Source: an uncultured Erysipelotrichaceae bacterium
GTDB lineage: Bacteria > Bacillota_I > Bacilli_A > RFN20 > CAG-826
Assembly (NCBI GenBank): GCA_902800905.1
Contig: CADCGC010000011.1
Coordinates: 14,389-78,388 of the forward strand
Length of the DNA stretch: 64,000 nucleotides
Direction of reading: 5' to 3'
The translations under genes were made by a program, and so were the position numbers. This document shows positions 26,749 to 34,818 of this stretch, piece by piece (position 1 is the first letter of the stretch; every line of letters starts with the position of its first letter). The notes under the pieces were generated by a model. The model was not told the DNA's origin. It searched no databases and saw nothing but the letters and a program-made list of their open reading frames with translations.

Positions 26749-27735
26749 ATGAAAATGAATAAGAAATTAGTAGTTGCCACCTTATCAACCGTCATGGGTA
26801 TTGGTTTAGTTGGTAGTATCTCTGGTACTGTTGCTTGGTACCAATATTCCACAAGATCAATGGCAACCTTAATTGGTACAGAAGTATCTCACGCTGGCAC
26901 AGTCACATTAAGTACCGACGGAACAAACTACTCTGGTAGACTTTGGACCAACGATATCTTAGGTTCTAACAGTGTGAAATTCCATCAAGCTACCTTTGGT
27001 AAGCTTAATAATGATGGTTCTTTACCAGCTCAAGCATACTTAAATCCAGAAGCCGGCTATGGCGCTCTCAATTTATGGGACAAAGCAGTAGCAGGCGTGG
27101 ATTATGTTCAATTTGACCTCTATTTCAGAGCTCTTGAACTCAAAAATTCAAGTGATTTATATGAACGTGTCGCAAAAGACATCTATTTAACTGATGTCGT
27201 CATCGAAGATTTGGATAGTGGTAAAGATATTTCTGACGCAGTCAGAGTTCACTTCCAAAACAAGAATGACGCTACTGATAACTGGTTCTTATCAAAAGAA
27301 GCAGTCACAGGACAAAAAGTCGGTGCCTATCTTGACTTAGATAGAGATGGTGATCCAGATAAGGAACGTAGTGAATACATCTACGAACCAGATCCAAGTG
27401 CACCAGACTGCAAATATGGTCAATTTAGTGGCGACACACCACTTGAACAATTAGATACCAAAGGTATCGATGATACAATCGCGTCTGAAAACGCATCAAC
27501 AGGCGCCCTTGAAGATACAACTGGTAAATTCCACGTTACAACCTTAAATGCAACTGAATACGCTGCTAATAGCAACACAGATGTTTGCTACACAGTTACT
27601 ATTTGGCTTGAAGGTTGGCACGTCTTTAGCGGCGCAACCGACGCTATCTGGGATTTACAAAGTACATACGATGCAAGCTTCCATGTTGGTTTCACCTTTA
27701 ATGCTGGAAGTAATGTATTCGATGTTGATGCATAA
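26749..27735 (+). CDS. TasA/camelysin-like secreted protein with SipW-type signal peptide (minor subunit paralogue)
   Basis: AAGGAGGG RBS. MKMNKKLVVATLSTVMGIGLVGSISGTVAWYQYST. C-terminal YTVTIWLEGWHV...ASFHVGFTFNAG. Confidence 0.7.
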   Translation: MKMNKKLVVATLSTVMGIGLVGSISGTVAWYQYSTRSMATLIGTEVSHAGTVTLSTDGTNYSGRLWTNDILGSNSVKFHQATFGKLNNDGSLPAQAYLNPEAGYGALNLWDKAVAGVDYVQFDLYFRALELKNSSDLYERVAKDIYLTDVVIEDLDSGKDISDAVRVHFQNKNDATDNWFLSKEAVTGQKVGAYLDLDRDGDPDKERSEYIYEPDPSAPDCKYGQFSGDTPLEQLDTKGIDDTIASENASTGALEDTTGKFHVTTLNATEYAANSNTDVCYTVTIWLEGWHVFSGATDAIWDLQSTYDASFHVGFTFNAGSNVFDVDA

Positions 27736-27787
27736 TCATTACAATTTCGTTTAAAAATATAAAAATATCTGGAGAAAGGAGGAGCAA

Positions 27788-28945
27788 ATGAAAAGCATAA
27801 CTAAAGTTAGATTATTAATTTTAGCGATGAGCGCTGTTTCAGTTGTGTCAATGGTTGGATCAACCGCTGCGACTGTTGCTTGGTACGTCAATAGTACTGG
27901 TGCGAAAGTCACATATACAGGAACATCTGTTCAAAAGTCTACAAGACTTACTTTAGGATTAGTTGACGAAGAGAACAAATTCACTGACGCAGATTTAGTC
28001 ACATACAACTTAGAAAGAGAATCAGGCGCAACAGTTGATGGTAAGACCATTGTCTGGTCAAAATCATCAAGCATCATAAATGATGTTCTCACTAAATACC
28101 TAACTGAATATGGCTATGCAACATATCTCCTTTCTCCAGTAACTACAAAAGCTAGGGCAATTGATAGCACAGATGGTTTAACGCTTTACAAAGCTCCAGA
28201 AACATCTCAAACCGTTTTAGATGAAACTGCAGATCCAAAATCTTATATCACTCTCCCATTTGCATTCAAAATTGTTAATAGTAGCAATGAGAAAGTTCAA
28301 GATAAAGAAATTTGGTTAACCAATTCAATGGTTACGACAAGTTTAGCTAATAATGATGGTAATAGTGTGATTAGACTCTTTGTTGACAATCATCACAATA
28401 GTGAAAAATTCATTGTTAGACCTGCAGATAACTCTGATTCAACTGGTGAGACTGTAGTTGGAGGACTTTTAAACCTCGCTGGTGGAGATAGCACTGTCTA
28501 TGACTATGATTCAAATACTTTACACGAATATATTTATGGCGATTACGATAAGTCTGGTGGATTTGCACCAATTTATTCCGATTCAACCTATGAATATTTC
28601 CCTGGATTTGATGAAAATGAATATGACAATGTCAATGACACTCCATACGAAACAGCGTCGACATTCTATGCCAAACACAATAAGAATTGTTACCCAATAA
28701 CGAATTATAATGAACTTCAAAACAGATTCTTGAAGGCTCACTATCATACGATGGGAACCATTAGACCAACATCCACAAATGGTGTTTATAGTGGCGGTAA
28801 ACCAATCGCATATACAGAAAGCGCTTCAAAAATTGGATATTCAACAATCTCGATTTATGTTGAAGGATGGGATCATGCCTTAACCGATGACAAAATCGAT
28901 GTACAATTCAATCTTTCAATGACATTTGAAATTAATACACTTTAA
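27788..28945 (+). CDS. TasA/camelysin-like secreted protein with SipW-type signal peptide (minor subunit paralogue)
   Basis: AAGGAGGAG RBS. MKSITKVRLLILAMSAVSVVSMVGSTAATVAWYVNST. C-terminal STISIYVEGWDHAL...VQFNLSMTFEIN. Confidence 0.7.
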   Translation: MKSITKVRLLILAMSAVSVVSMVGSTAATVAWYVNSTGAKVTYTGTSVQKSTRLTLGLVDEENKFTDADLVTYNLERESGATVDGKTIVWSKSSSIINDVLTKYLTEYGYATYLLSPVTTKARAIDSTDGLTLYKAPETSQTVLDETADPKSYITLPFAFKIVNSSNEKVQDKEIWLTNSMVTTSLANNDGNSVIRLFVDNHHNSEKFIVRPADNSDSTGETVVGGLLNLAGGDSTVYDYDSNTLHEYIYGDYDKSGGFAPIYSDSTYEYFPGFDENEYDNVNDTPYETASTFYAKHNKNCYPITNYNELQNRFLKAHYHTMGTIRPTSTNGVYSGGKPIAYTESASKIGYSTISIYVEGWDHALTDDKIDVQFNLSMTFEINTL

Positions 28946-28953
28946 TTCCTTTT

Positions 28954-30064
28954 ATGAAAAGAAAACAGATTATTCTTACTCTAAGTGTAGGCATAATCGC
29001 TTTAGGTACGATAGGAGTTGGAGCTTCTGTTGCGTGGTATGTCAATAGTAACAACTTATATGTTAATGCGATTGATATCACAATTAGCAGTGGTCCAGAA
29101 CTCTTAATTTCAAGAAGCACCAATCTTGACAGTTTTGTGAGCGAACTTGATTTATCAAGCGAACCAAAAAAGAGCGACTTTGCTCCTGTCACAAGTGCAT
29201 ATTCTTCTGACTGGATTAATAATAAAAGTGATAAACCAATTTTCTATGATGACACAATGAACTTCATTTACCCTGAAAATGGAAGTCGTAAAATCACAAC
29301 AGATATTGGTTATTATCAAGAAACACTATATTTATATAGTGATACAAACGCTGATGTAATTATTGATCCAAATAATACGTACTTAAAAGCTAATGCTTCT
29401 TTTAATAAACGCGTACGCACAGGAAATCAAAGAAACTGCTAATCAAGAAAATGTTTCTTCTGATTATCTCAAATATCGAGATATGACAGTGGAACAAATC
29501 GCTGATAGATTAAACAAGCTTCCTGAAGCAATGAGATTCTCAGTGCTTGTACCAGATGAAGAAGTATATCAATACGGAATTATTGATCCAAACAAAGACC
29601 AAACCAAAATTGTTGAATATGGTGGTCTACTAGACGTTAATATCGATGGATACTTTGATAGCTTCCATGATGGAAATGTCAACAAAGAACATTTCTATGG
29701 TGATATTAATGATCCAAGTAAAATCGTCTATGCTGAATCAGAATTAAATGATTCAGATTACGTAGATCCTACTAAAGATACAAGTGCGTTCAATGCACGC
29801 CACGGGGCAAATATTCAAAGATTCGATAAAGAAGCCTCAATTAATAACGGACTCGTCATTAATAAAGAACCATCTCTCGGGTTATATGACTTCAGTCCAA
29901 TGAAAGAAAATAAACCATTCGTTATTCGTTGCAACGAATATGAACCAAGAAAAATCGTCTTAACAATCTATATTGAAGGCTGGGATTTAGAAAGTGTTAA
30001 TTACACGATGGGAGCAAGCTTTATTGCCTCTCTCGGCTTCAGGGTTGATAGACCAAGTAAATAA
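28954..30064 (+). pseudogene. TasA/camelysin-like paralogue interrupted by a 1-nt frameshift (or sequencing error)
   Basis: 28954-29442 encodes MKRKQIILTLSVGIIALGTIGVGASVAWYVNSN... and stops at 29440-29442. The +1 frame is open from 29387 and carries the family C-terminus LTIYIEGWDLESVNY...ASLGFRVD up to 30064. Confidence 0.65.
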
Positions 30065-30078
30065 GGAGAAAGTTAGGT

Positions 30079-31593
30079 ATGGAAGCATATTTTGAGTACT
30101 TAAGAGAAATGCTTGTCAAATTCTTTTCTGACTTAGGTAGATTCTTCTACAAGTGGTGGGTCTCACCATGGGAAGATGTCGGAGGGAACTTTGAATCTTA
30201 CAACGCAATATTTCAACAACATGTAAATGATTTCCACTTTGTGGGATGGTTATTCTACATTATTTTCCTTATTTTCTTTATTGCCCTTATTGGAGCGATT
30301 GGTTTTGGTTTATATATCCTCATTAGAAAATATGTCCGTTTCTATAGAATTCAAAAAGAAAAGGATGATCTTATTAGAGAAATCGAGAGATTACAATACG
30401 ACTTATACATTCAATTAACTGAAAAAGAAAAGATTCTTAATCTTAAAACTGCCTATATGGGTATTAAACCTGCTGATGGCTCAGAAGAAGCTAAAGTTAT
30501 CGAAGAAGTTAACTCTAGATTCCCAAAACTTATCTCTGTTGACCAAACCTATAAAGACAGAAATCCTGCTATTGCCTTCAAAGAAGGCTTATCTCTAGAA
30601 GAATTATGTAATTCATTTAGAAATTACTGTGCTTCAAAAGAAACCTTATATTACACAATTGACACAATTAGACAATTATTCGCCGGTATCGCAACTTCTA
30701 AATTAATCATCTTAGAAGGTATCTCTGGTACAGGTAAAACATCTATGGCAACCGCCATTGGTAAATTCTTCCTCTTCGATAGTGCTATCATCTCTGTTCA
30801 ACCATCTTGGAAAGATCGAAGTGAACTATTAGGCTACTACAATGAATTTACTAAGAAATTCAATGAATCAGAATTCTTAAAAGCTTTATACACAACAACA
30901 TATCGTAAAGATCTTAACGTTATATGTCTTGATGAAATGAACTTAGCGAGAATTGAATACTACTTCGCTGAATTCTTATCCGTCATGGAAATTAAAGAAA
31001 CCGATAAATGGTTAATCGACTTAATTCCTTCTACAGAAGCTGGTGACCCAATCCACTTAGAAGATGGTAAACTCAAGATTCCTCAAAATGTTATCTTCTT
31101 TGGTACCGCCAATAACGACGATAGCACATTCACTATTTCAGATAAGGTCTATGACCGTGCTATTTCCTTATTCTTTGATGATAAAGGACGTAAGTTTGAC
31201 TGCCAAGAACAAGAACCAATGACTGTTCCATACGCTCAACTTGTTTCCTTATTTGAAGAAGCCAAAAAGCAAAATCAAATCTCTGAAAACATGATTGAAA
31301 AATTTGAACAACTTGATAACTTTGTCATCAAGAAATTCAAACTCGCCTTTGGTAACCGTATTCTTAAACAAATCGAAAGCTTTGTTCCAGTTTACGTTGG
31401 TTGTGGTGGAAATGAATCTGATGGTTATGACTTCATTTTCACAAACAAGATTTTAAAGAAATTTGAAAGCTTAAATATCGCCTTTTTAAAAGATGAATTA
31501 AAAGAACTTGATGCATATTTAGACAAATTATACGGTAAAGGACAATTCAAACTCGCTCACGCGAAAATTGAATCAATGCTTAAAAATAATTAA
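30079..31593 (+). CDS. Membrane-anchored McrB-like AAA+ (AAA_5) NTPase
   Basis: AAGGAG RBS. One strong TM helix (about aa 53-83) and a short coiled coil. Walker A GISGTGKT, then SVQPSWKDRSELLGYYN, Walker B ICLDEMNLARIEYYFAEFLSVME, and FFGTANNDDSTFTISDKVYDRA. These blocks parallel the McrB GTPase motifs, including an NxxD-like element. Confidence 0.7.
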   Translation: MEAYFEYLREMLVKFFSDLGRFFYKWWVSPWEDVGGNFESYNAIFQQHVNDFHFVGWLFYIIFLIFFIALIGAIGFGLYILIRKYVRFYRIQKEKDDLIREIERLQYDLYIQLTEKEKILNLKTAYMGIKPADGSEEAKVIEEVNSRFPKLISVDQTYKDRNPAIAFKEGLSLEELCNSFRNYCASKETLYYTIDTIRQLFAGIATSKLIILEGISGTGKTSMATAIGKFFLFDSAIISVQPSWKDRSELLGYYNEFTKKFNESEFLKALYTTTYRKDLNVICLDEMNLARIEYYFAEFLSVMEIKETDKWLIDLIPSTEAGDPIHLEDGKLKIPQNVIFFGTANNDDSTFTISDKVYDRAISLFFDDKGRKFDCQEQEPMTVPYAQLVSLFEEAKKQNQISENMIEKFEQLDNFVIKKFKLAFGNRILKQIESFVPVYVGCGGNESDGYDFIFTNKILKKFESLNIAFLKDELKELDAYLDKLYGKGQFKLAHAKIESMLKNN

Positions 31594-31606
31594 TTAAAAG
31601 GATTAT

Positions 31607-33817
31607 ATGGCTAGCAGCAACAAAAAACTCTTCCAAAAATATGTCGAAAAGATGAACTCCTTCAACAAGGACAAAAATGTTGAAGCGATTTATGATTCTT
31701 TACTTAATGGAAAGAATTCATATATTAGATTAACAAGAAAAGGTTCATCTTCTTTTGACCCAACTTGGATCGATGTAATTGAAGACTGCTTATACGATTT
31801 AGGAGAAATCATTAATAATCCTCGTGAAGTCACTAAAACCGAAAGTAGCATTACCCCAGTTGAACTCGCTAAAAAAATTGATGGAGAATCCGTTGTCCAT
31901 CTCGCGAGCCACACTCAATATATTAAAGAAGTGGATGAAGACGGTAATGTCGTTCCTTCGAAAATCTTATCTCACTATAATGTCGAAGACATTCATACCT
32001 ATGAAAATAGATTCATCGCGACATTTATTAGAAGATTACTTCTCTTTATTGAAAAGAGATATGAATTTATCGAAAAGACCGTTAATTTAACATGTAACGA
32101 TGTTTTAATGGTCAAAAACAAATCAATCGTCGATGGCCAAGAAGTTGAAATCGAAACCAAAATCACGATTAAAAAAGACATCATTGATGAAAGTGCAAAA
32201 CACGCGAAAGAATATATTGAACGTATTTTTAATATGCGCGATTACATCAAATATTACTATAATTCTCCATTTATGAAGGCTCTTAAGAACGAAAAAGACG
32301 TTCGTAAGCCAATCCTTCAAACAAATATCATCCGTAAAAATCCAAAATACAGAAAATGTTACGAAACATTCGTTTTCATTGAAAGGTTTGAATCTTTAGG
32401 TGTGTCTTATCACGTCGATGAGAACTATCAAACTTTTAACGAAAACGAAAGAGAAGAGATTAACTATCTCATGTTATCTAGCTTCCTTTCTGTTCAAAAT
32501 GACCATGAATTTGCTTCTATTAAAAAGAATAGTAAGACCTATAAACCAAGAATCCTTACTAGTATTGATGATGAGAAGTTCGTTTATGGTGACCTTTTAA
32601 AAGGTCCAATCGAATTCGTACGAGTGGATCAAGCCTATAGAGACTATTTACACGCTCAAGTGAGAGAAGATTTACCACTTCACCCAAATAAATACGAAAA
32701 AGAATATTACAAAGAAGAATATGATCTTAAGAAAGCTGAGAAGCTCAATCAAAAAGAATTAGATAAATTAATCGCTCGTAAAGAAAAAGAAATCGCTGAG
32801 TGGGAGAAATATGTTGAAAAACTCATCGCTCAAAGAGAACTTGAAGAAGCGAAGCAAAGACAAAAAGAACTCGAAGAACTTCGTAAATACCATGAATCTC
32901 TTATTGAAATTAGAAGAAAACGTATCATCGAAGAAGCTGAGAAGAATAAAGATCCATATGATGGACCAATTTATCGTCCAGAAGAACAGGCTAAAACTCC
33001 AGAAGTGCCTCTAGAAGTTGAATTAGCCCAGATGTCGAATGAAATCCCATCTGAAAGTGAAACTCCTCTTAATGAACCTGTTAGTGAACCTAATAATGAA
33101 GAAACAGTTTCTAATGAAACTCCAGTTGAGGCTCCAATAGAAGAAAACGTTCCTGAAGTAGCAGAAACCGCTCCTCAGGTAGAAGAGGCTCCATTAGCTG
33201 AAGAGCCAGTTCAAGAAGCCGCTCCAGTAGAGGAAGCTCCTCAAGAAGAAGTACCTGCTGAAGATGTTCCTGCTACAGAAGCACCTGTTGAAGAGTCACA
33301 AGTCGAAGAACCAGCTCCTGAGGTGGTGGAAGAAGTTCCTTCTGAAGAGTCTCAAGAACCTGAAGAAGAAATAGAGAATGCTCCAAAGAAAGAACAAGTT
33401 ATCTATCGTGTTATGGGTGACGCGCAAGTCATTTATGTCGACGGACATAAAGAAACTGTTTACGCTGCTAGCGATGAAGAATATGAACTAGTGGAAGAGA
33501 ATAAAGAAGAGGAACAACCTTTGGTTGAAGAGACTAAAGAAGAACCAAAAGTCGAAGAAAAACCAAAACCAAAGAGAATGCCTCCTCAACGTAAAAAGAA
33601 AGAAACTCCTCCTCAAGAAGAACAAGTTGATTACTCTACTAAAGAGGGAGATGTTCTTAAAGTCATTCCAGGAAAATTCATCGTTAAAACCAATAACGGT
33701 TACTATATTAGTGATGAACAGTTCTCTGATCATCGTGGGGACGCCACAATATTTGACGACTTCAATGTCGCTAATCAAAAGAAATCTCAATTTGGTGGAA
33801 AGGTCATTAAGTTATGA
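31607..33817 (+). CDS. McrC N-terminal/DUF2357-like protein lacking a recognisable nuclease domain; long coiled coil and acidic Pro/Glu-rich region
   Basis: 736-aa ORF. HTYENRFIATFIRRLLLFIEKRY and ILQTNIIRKNPKYRKCYETFVFI resemble the DUF2357/McrC partner-binding region. I found no D...(D/E)xK block. A K/E-rich heptad-like segment is followed by about 125 aa of P/E/V/A low complexity (about 33000-33400) and a small C-terminal domain. Confidence 0.5.
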   Translation: MASSNKKLFQKYVEKMNSFNKDKNVEAIYDSLLNGKNSYIRLTRKGSSSFDPTWIDVIEDCLYDLGEIINNPREVTKTESSITPVELAKKIDGESVVHLASHTQYIKEVDEDGNVVPSKILSHYNVEDIHTYENRFIATFIRRLLLFIEKRYEFIEKTVNLTCNDVLMVKNKSIVDGQEVEIETKITIKKDIIDESAKHAKEYIERIFNMRDYIKYYYNSPFMKALKNEKDVRKPILQTNIIRKNPKYRKCYETFVFIERFESLGVSYHVDENYQTFNENEREEINYLMLSSFLSVQNDHEFASIKKNSKTYKPRILTSIDDEKFVYGDLLKGPIEFVRVDQAYRDYLHAQVREDLPLHPNKYEKEYYKEEYDLKKAEKLNQKELDKLIARKEKEIAEWEKYVEKLIAQRELEEAKQRQKELEELRKYHESLIEIRRKRIIEEAEKNKDPYDGPIYRPEEQAKTPEVPLEVELAQMSNEIPSESETPLNEPVSEPNNEETVSNETPVEAPIEENVPEVAETAPQVEEAPLAEEPVQEAAPVEEAPQEEVPAEDVPATEAPVEESQVEEPAPEVVEEVPSEESQEPEEEIENAPKKEQVIYRVMGDAQVIYVDGHKETVYAASDEEYELVEENKEEEQPLVEETKEEPKVEEKPKPKRMPPQRKKKETPPQEEQVDYSTKEGDVLKVIPGKFIVKTNNGYYISDEQFSDHRGDATIFDDFNVANQKKSQFGGKVIKL

Positions 33818-34818
33818 GCGACAAAGTGAATAATGAAGTGATCCAAGAAGTTGTGGAGGAAACTCCTAAGAAAAAGAAAAGAGAAAAAAAGCCTAAAAGT
33901 AAGGCTCTTAAAATCATCGAATGGGTGTTACTAGGAATCTTCTTACTAGTATTTGGCTTCTTAGGAGCTGCTCAAATCGATGGAATGGTTAACAAAGCCA
34001 AAAACAATGATGAAGAAATCCGTTTCGGAGTAGGAACATTCATCGTTCTTACTAACTCCATGGAACCTTTATATAAAACGCAAAGCGCGTTAATTACATA
34101 TAAAGAAGAAATGGATGTCATCGTTAACGCTCTCAAGGGAGTTAAAGGTGCTGAAGTTGTCAGTGATCCGGAACATAATCCCGAAGATGTTGGCAAAGAC
34201 TTCATCATGACATTCCCTGGATACAATGCTAGCCTAGATGAGACCGATCCTAATAAAAAAGACATCAATAACGGCATTGACATTACATTCAAAAACAACG
34301 ATACAGGAATAAAACCTTCAGAATTTGACTTAAGAACTCCTGAATTCGTAACTGGCCAAATGATAGCTATTGGTCAGGTAATGACTCACCGTATTAGAGA
34401 ACTTCATATTAGGCAAAATGTTGAATTTGGCAAAGGAAAATATGTATTTGTCACATCAGGTATTAATGATCAAGGCGAATACAGCAAAATGGGACAATAT
34501 CAATTTGTCACCGAAAAATTATATTTAGGAACCGTGAAAGTTAATTCACCATTCCTAGGAGGAATCTTCTATTTCGTTTCCTCACCATGGGGCTTATTAG
34601 TGTTATTGCTTCTCCCCGCTGCCTACTTAATCATCGTTTCCGCTAAAGACATCTTTAAAGCTTTAAAGGAAACTGAAGAAGGTGAAGCAAAAGAAAATAA
34701 AACACCAAGTAGTCTAGATACTATCTCTAATGAAGATAGAGAAAGACTCAAACGAGAATTACTCGATGAAATGATTTCCAAGAAACAAGGAGAAAAGAAA
34801 GAGGATGAACAAAAATAA
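33814..34818 (+). CDS. Signal peptidase I of the ER/archaeal (SipW-like, S26B) type with Lys-rich N-terminus, large insertion and C-terminal TM
   Basis: The start overlaps the upstream stop (ATGA). TM helix, then VLTNSMEP (catalytic Ser box), VMTHRI (His box), SGINDQG (cf. KGDNN), and a C-terminal TM LLVLLLLPAAYLIIV. Confidence 0.75.
   Translation: MSDKVNNEVIQEVVEETPKKKKREKKPKSKALKIIEWVLLGIFLLVFGFLGAAQIDGMVNKAKNNDEEIRFGVGTFIVLTNSMEPLYKTQSALITYKEEMDVIVNALKGVKGAEVVSDPEHNPEDVGKDFIMTFPGYNASLDETDPNKKDINNGIDITFKNNDTGIKPSEFDLRTPEFVTGQMIAIGQVMTHRIRELHIRQNVEFGKGKYVFVTSGINDQGEYSKMGQYQFVTEKLYLGTVKVNSPFLGGIFYFVSSPWGLLVLLLLPAAYLIIVSAKDIFKALKETEEGEAKENKTPSSLDTISNEDRERLKRELLDEMISKKQGEKKEDEQK

Noticed and set aside
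13608-30064. Type IV pilin / class III signal peptide interpretation of the hydrophobic N-termini
   Set aside because: There is no G/(F,M)xxxE prepilin motif and no PilB/PilC/PilD or Tad components. The conserved G-T-x-A-W-[FY] motif and the co-encoded Ser/His S26B-type peptidase fit the SipW/TasA class instead.
32999-33400. Exact DNA tandem repeat / VNTR in the Pro/Glu-rich tract
   Set aside because: There is compositional bias only. I could not find an exact periodic unit at nucleotide level.
30079-33817. Classical McrBC type IV restriction system
   Set aside because: The NTPase has a TM anchor instead of a DNA-reading N-terminal domain. The partner lacks a recognisable PD-(D/E)xK nuclease. 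Both are translationally coupled to secretion genes. A divergent defence role is not fully excluded and is noted in the finding.
31824-33833. Short same-strand alternative-frame ORFs within the McrC-like gene (31824-32090, 32400-32600, 32811-33014, 33525-33833)
   Set aside because: Their Lys-rich, low-complexity translations arise from the GAA/AAA-rich coding frame. There are no independent start signals.
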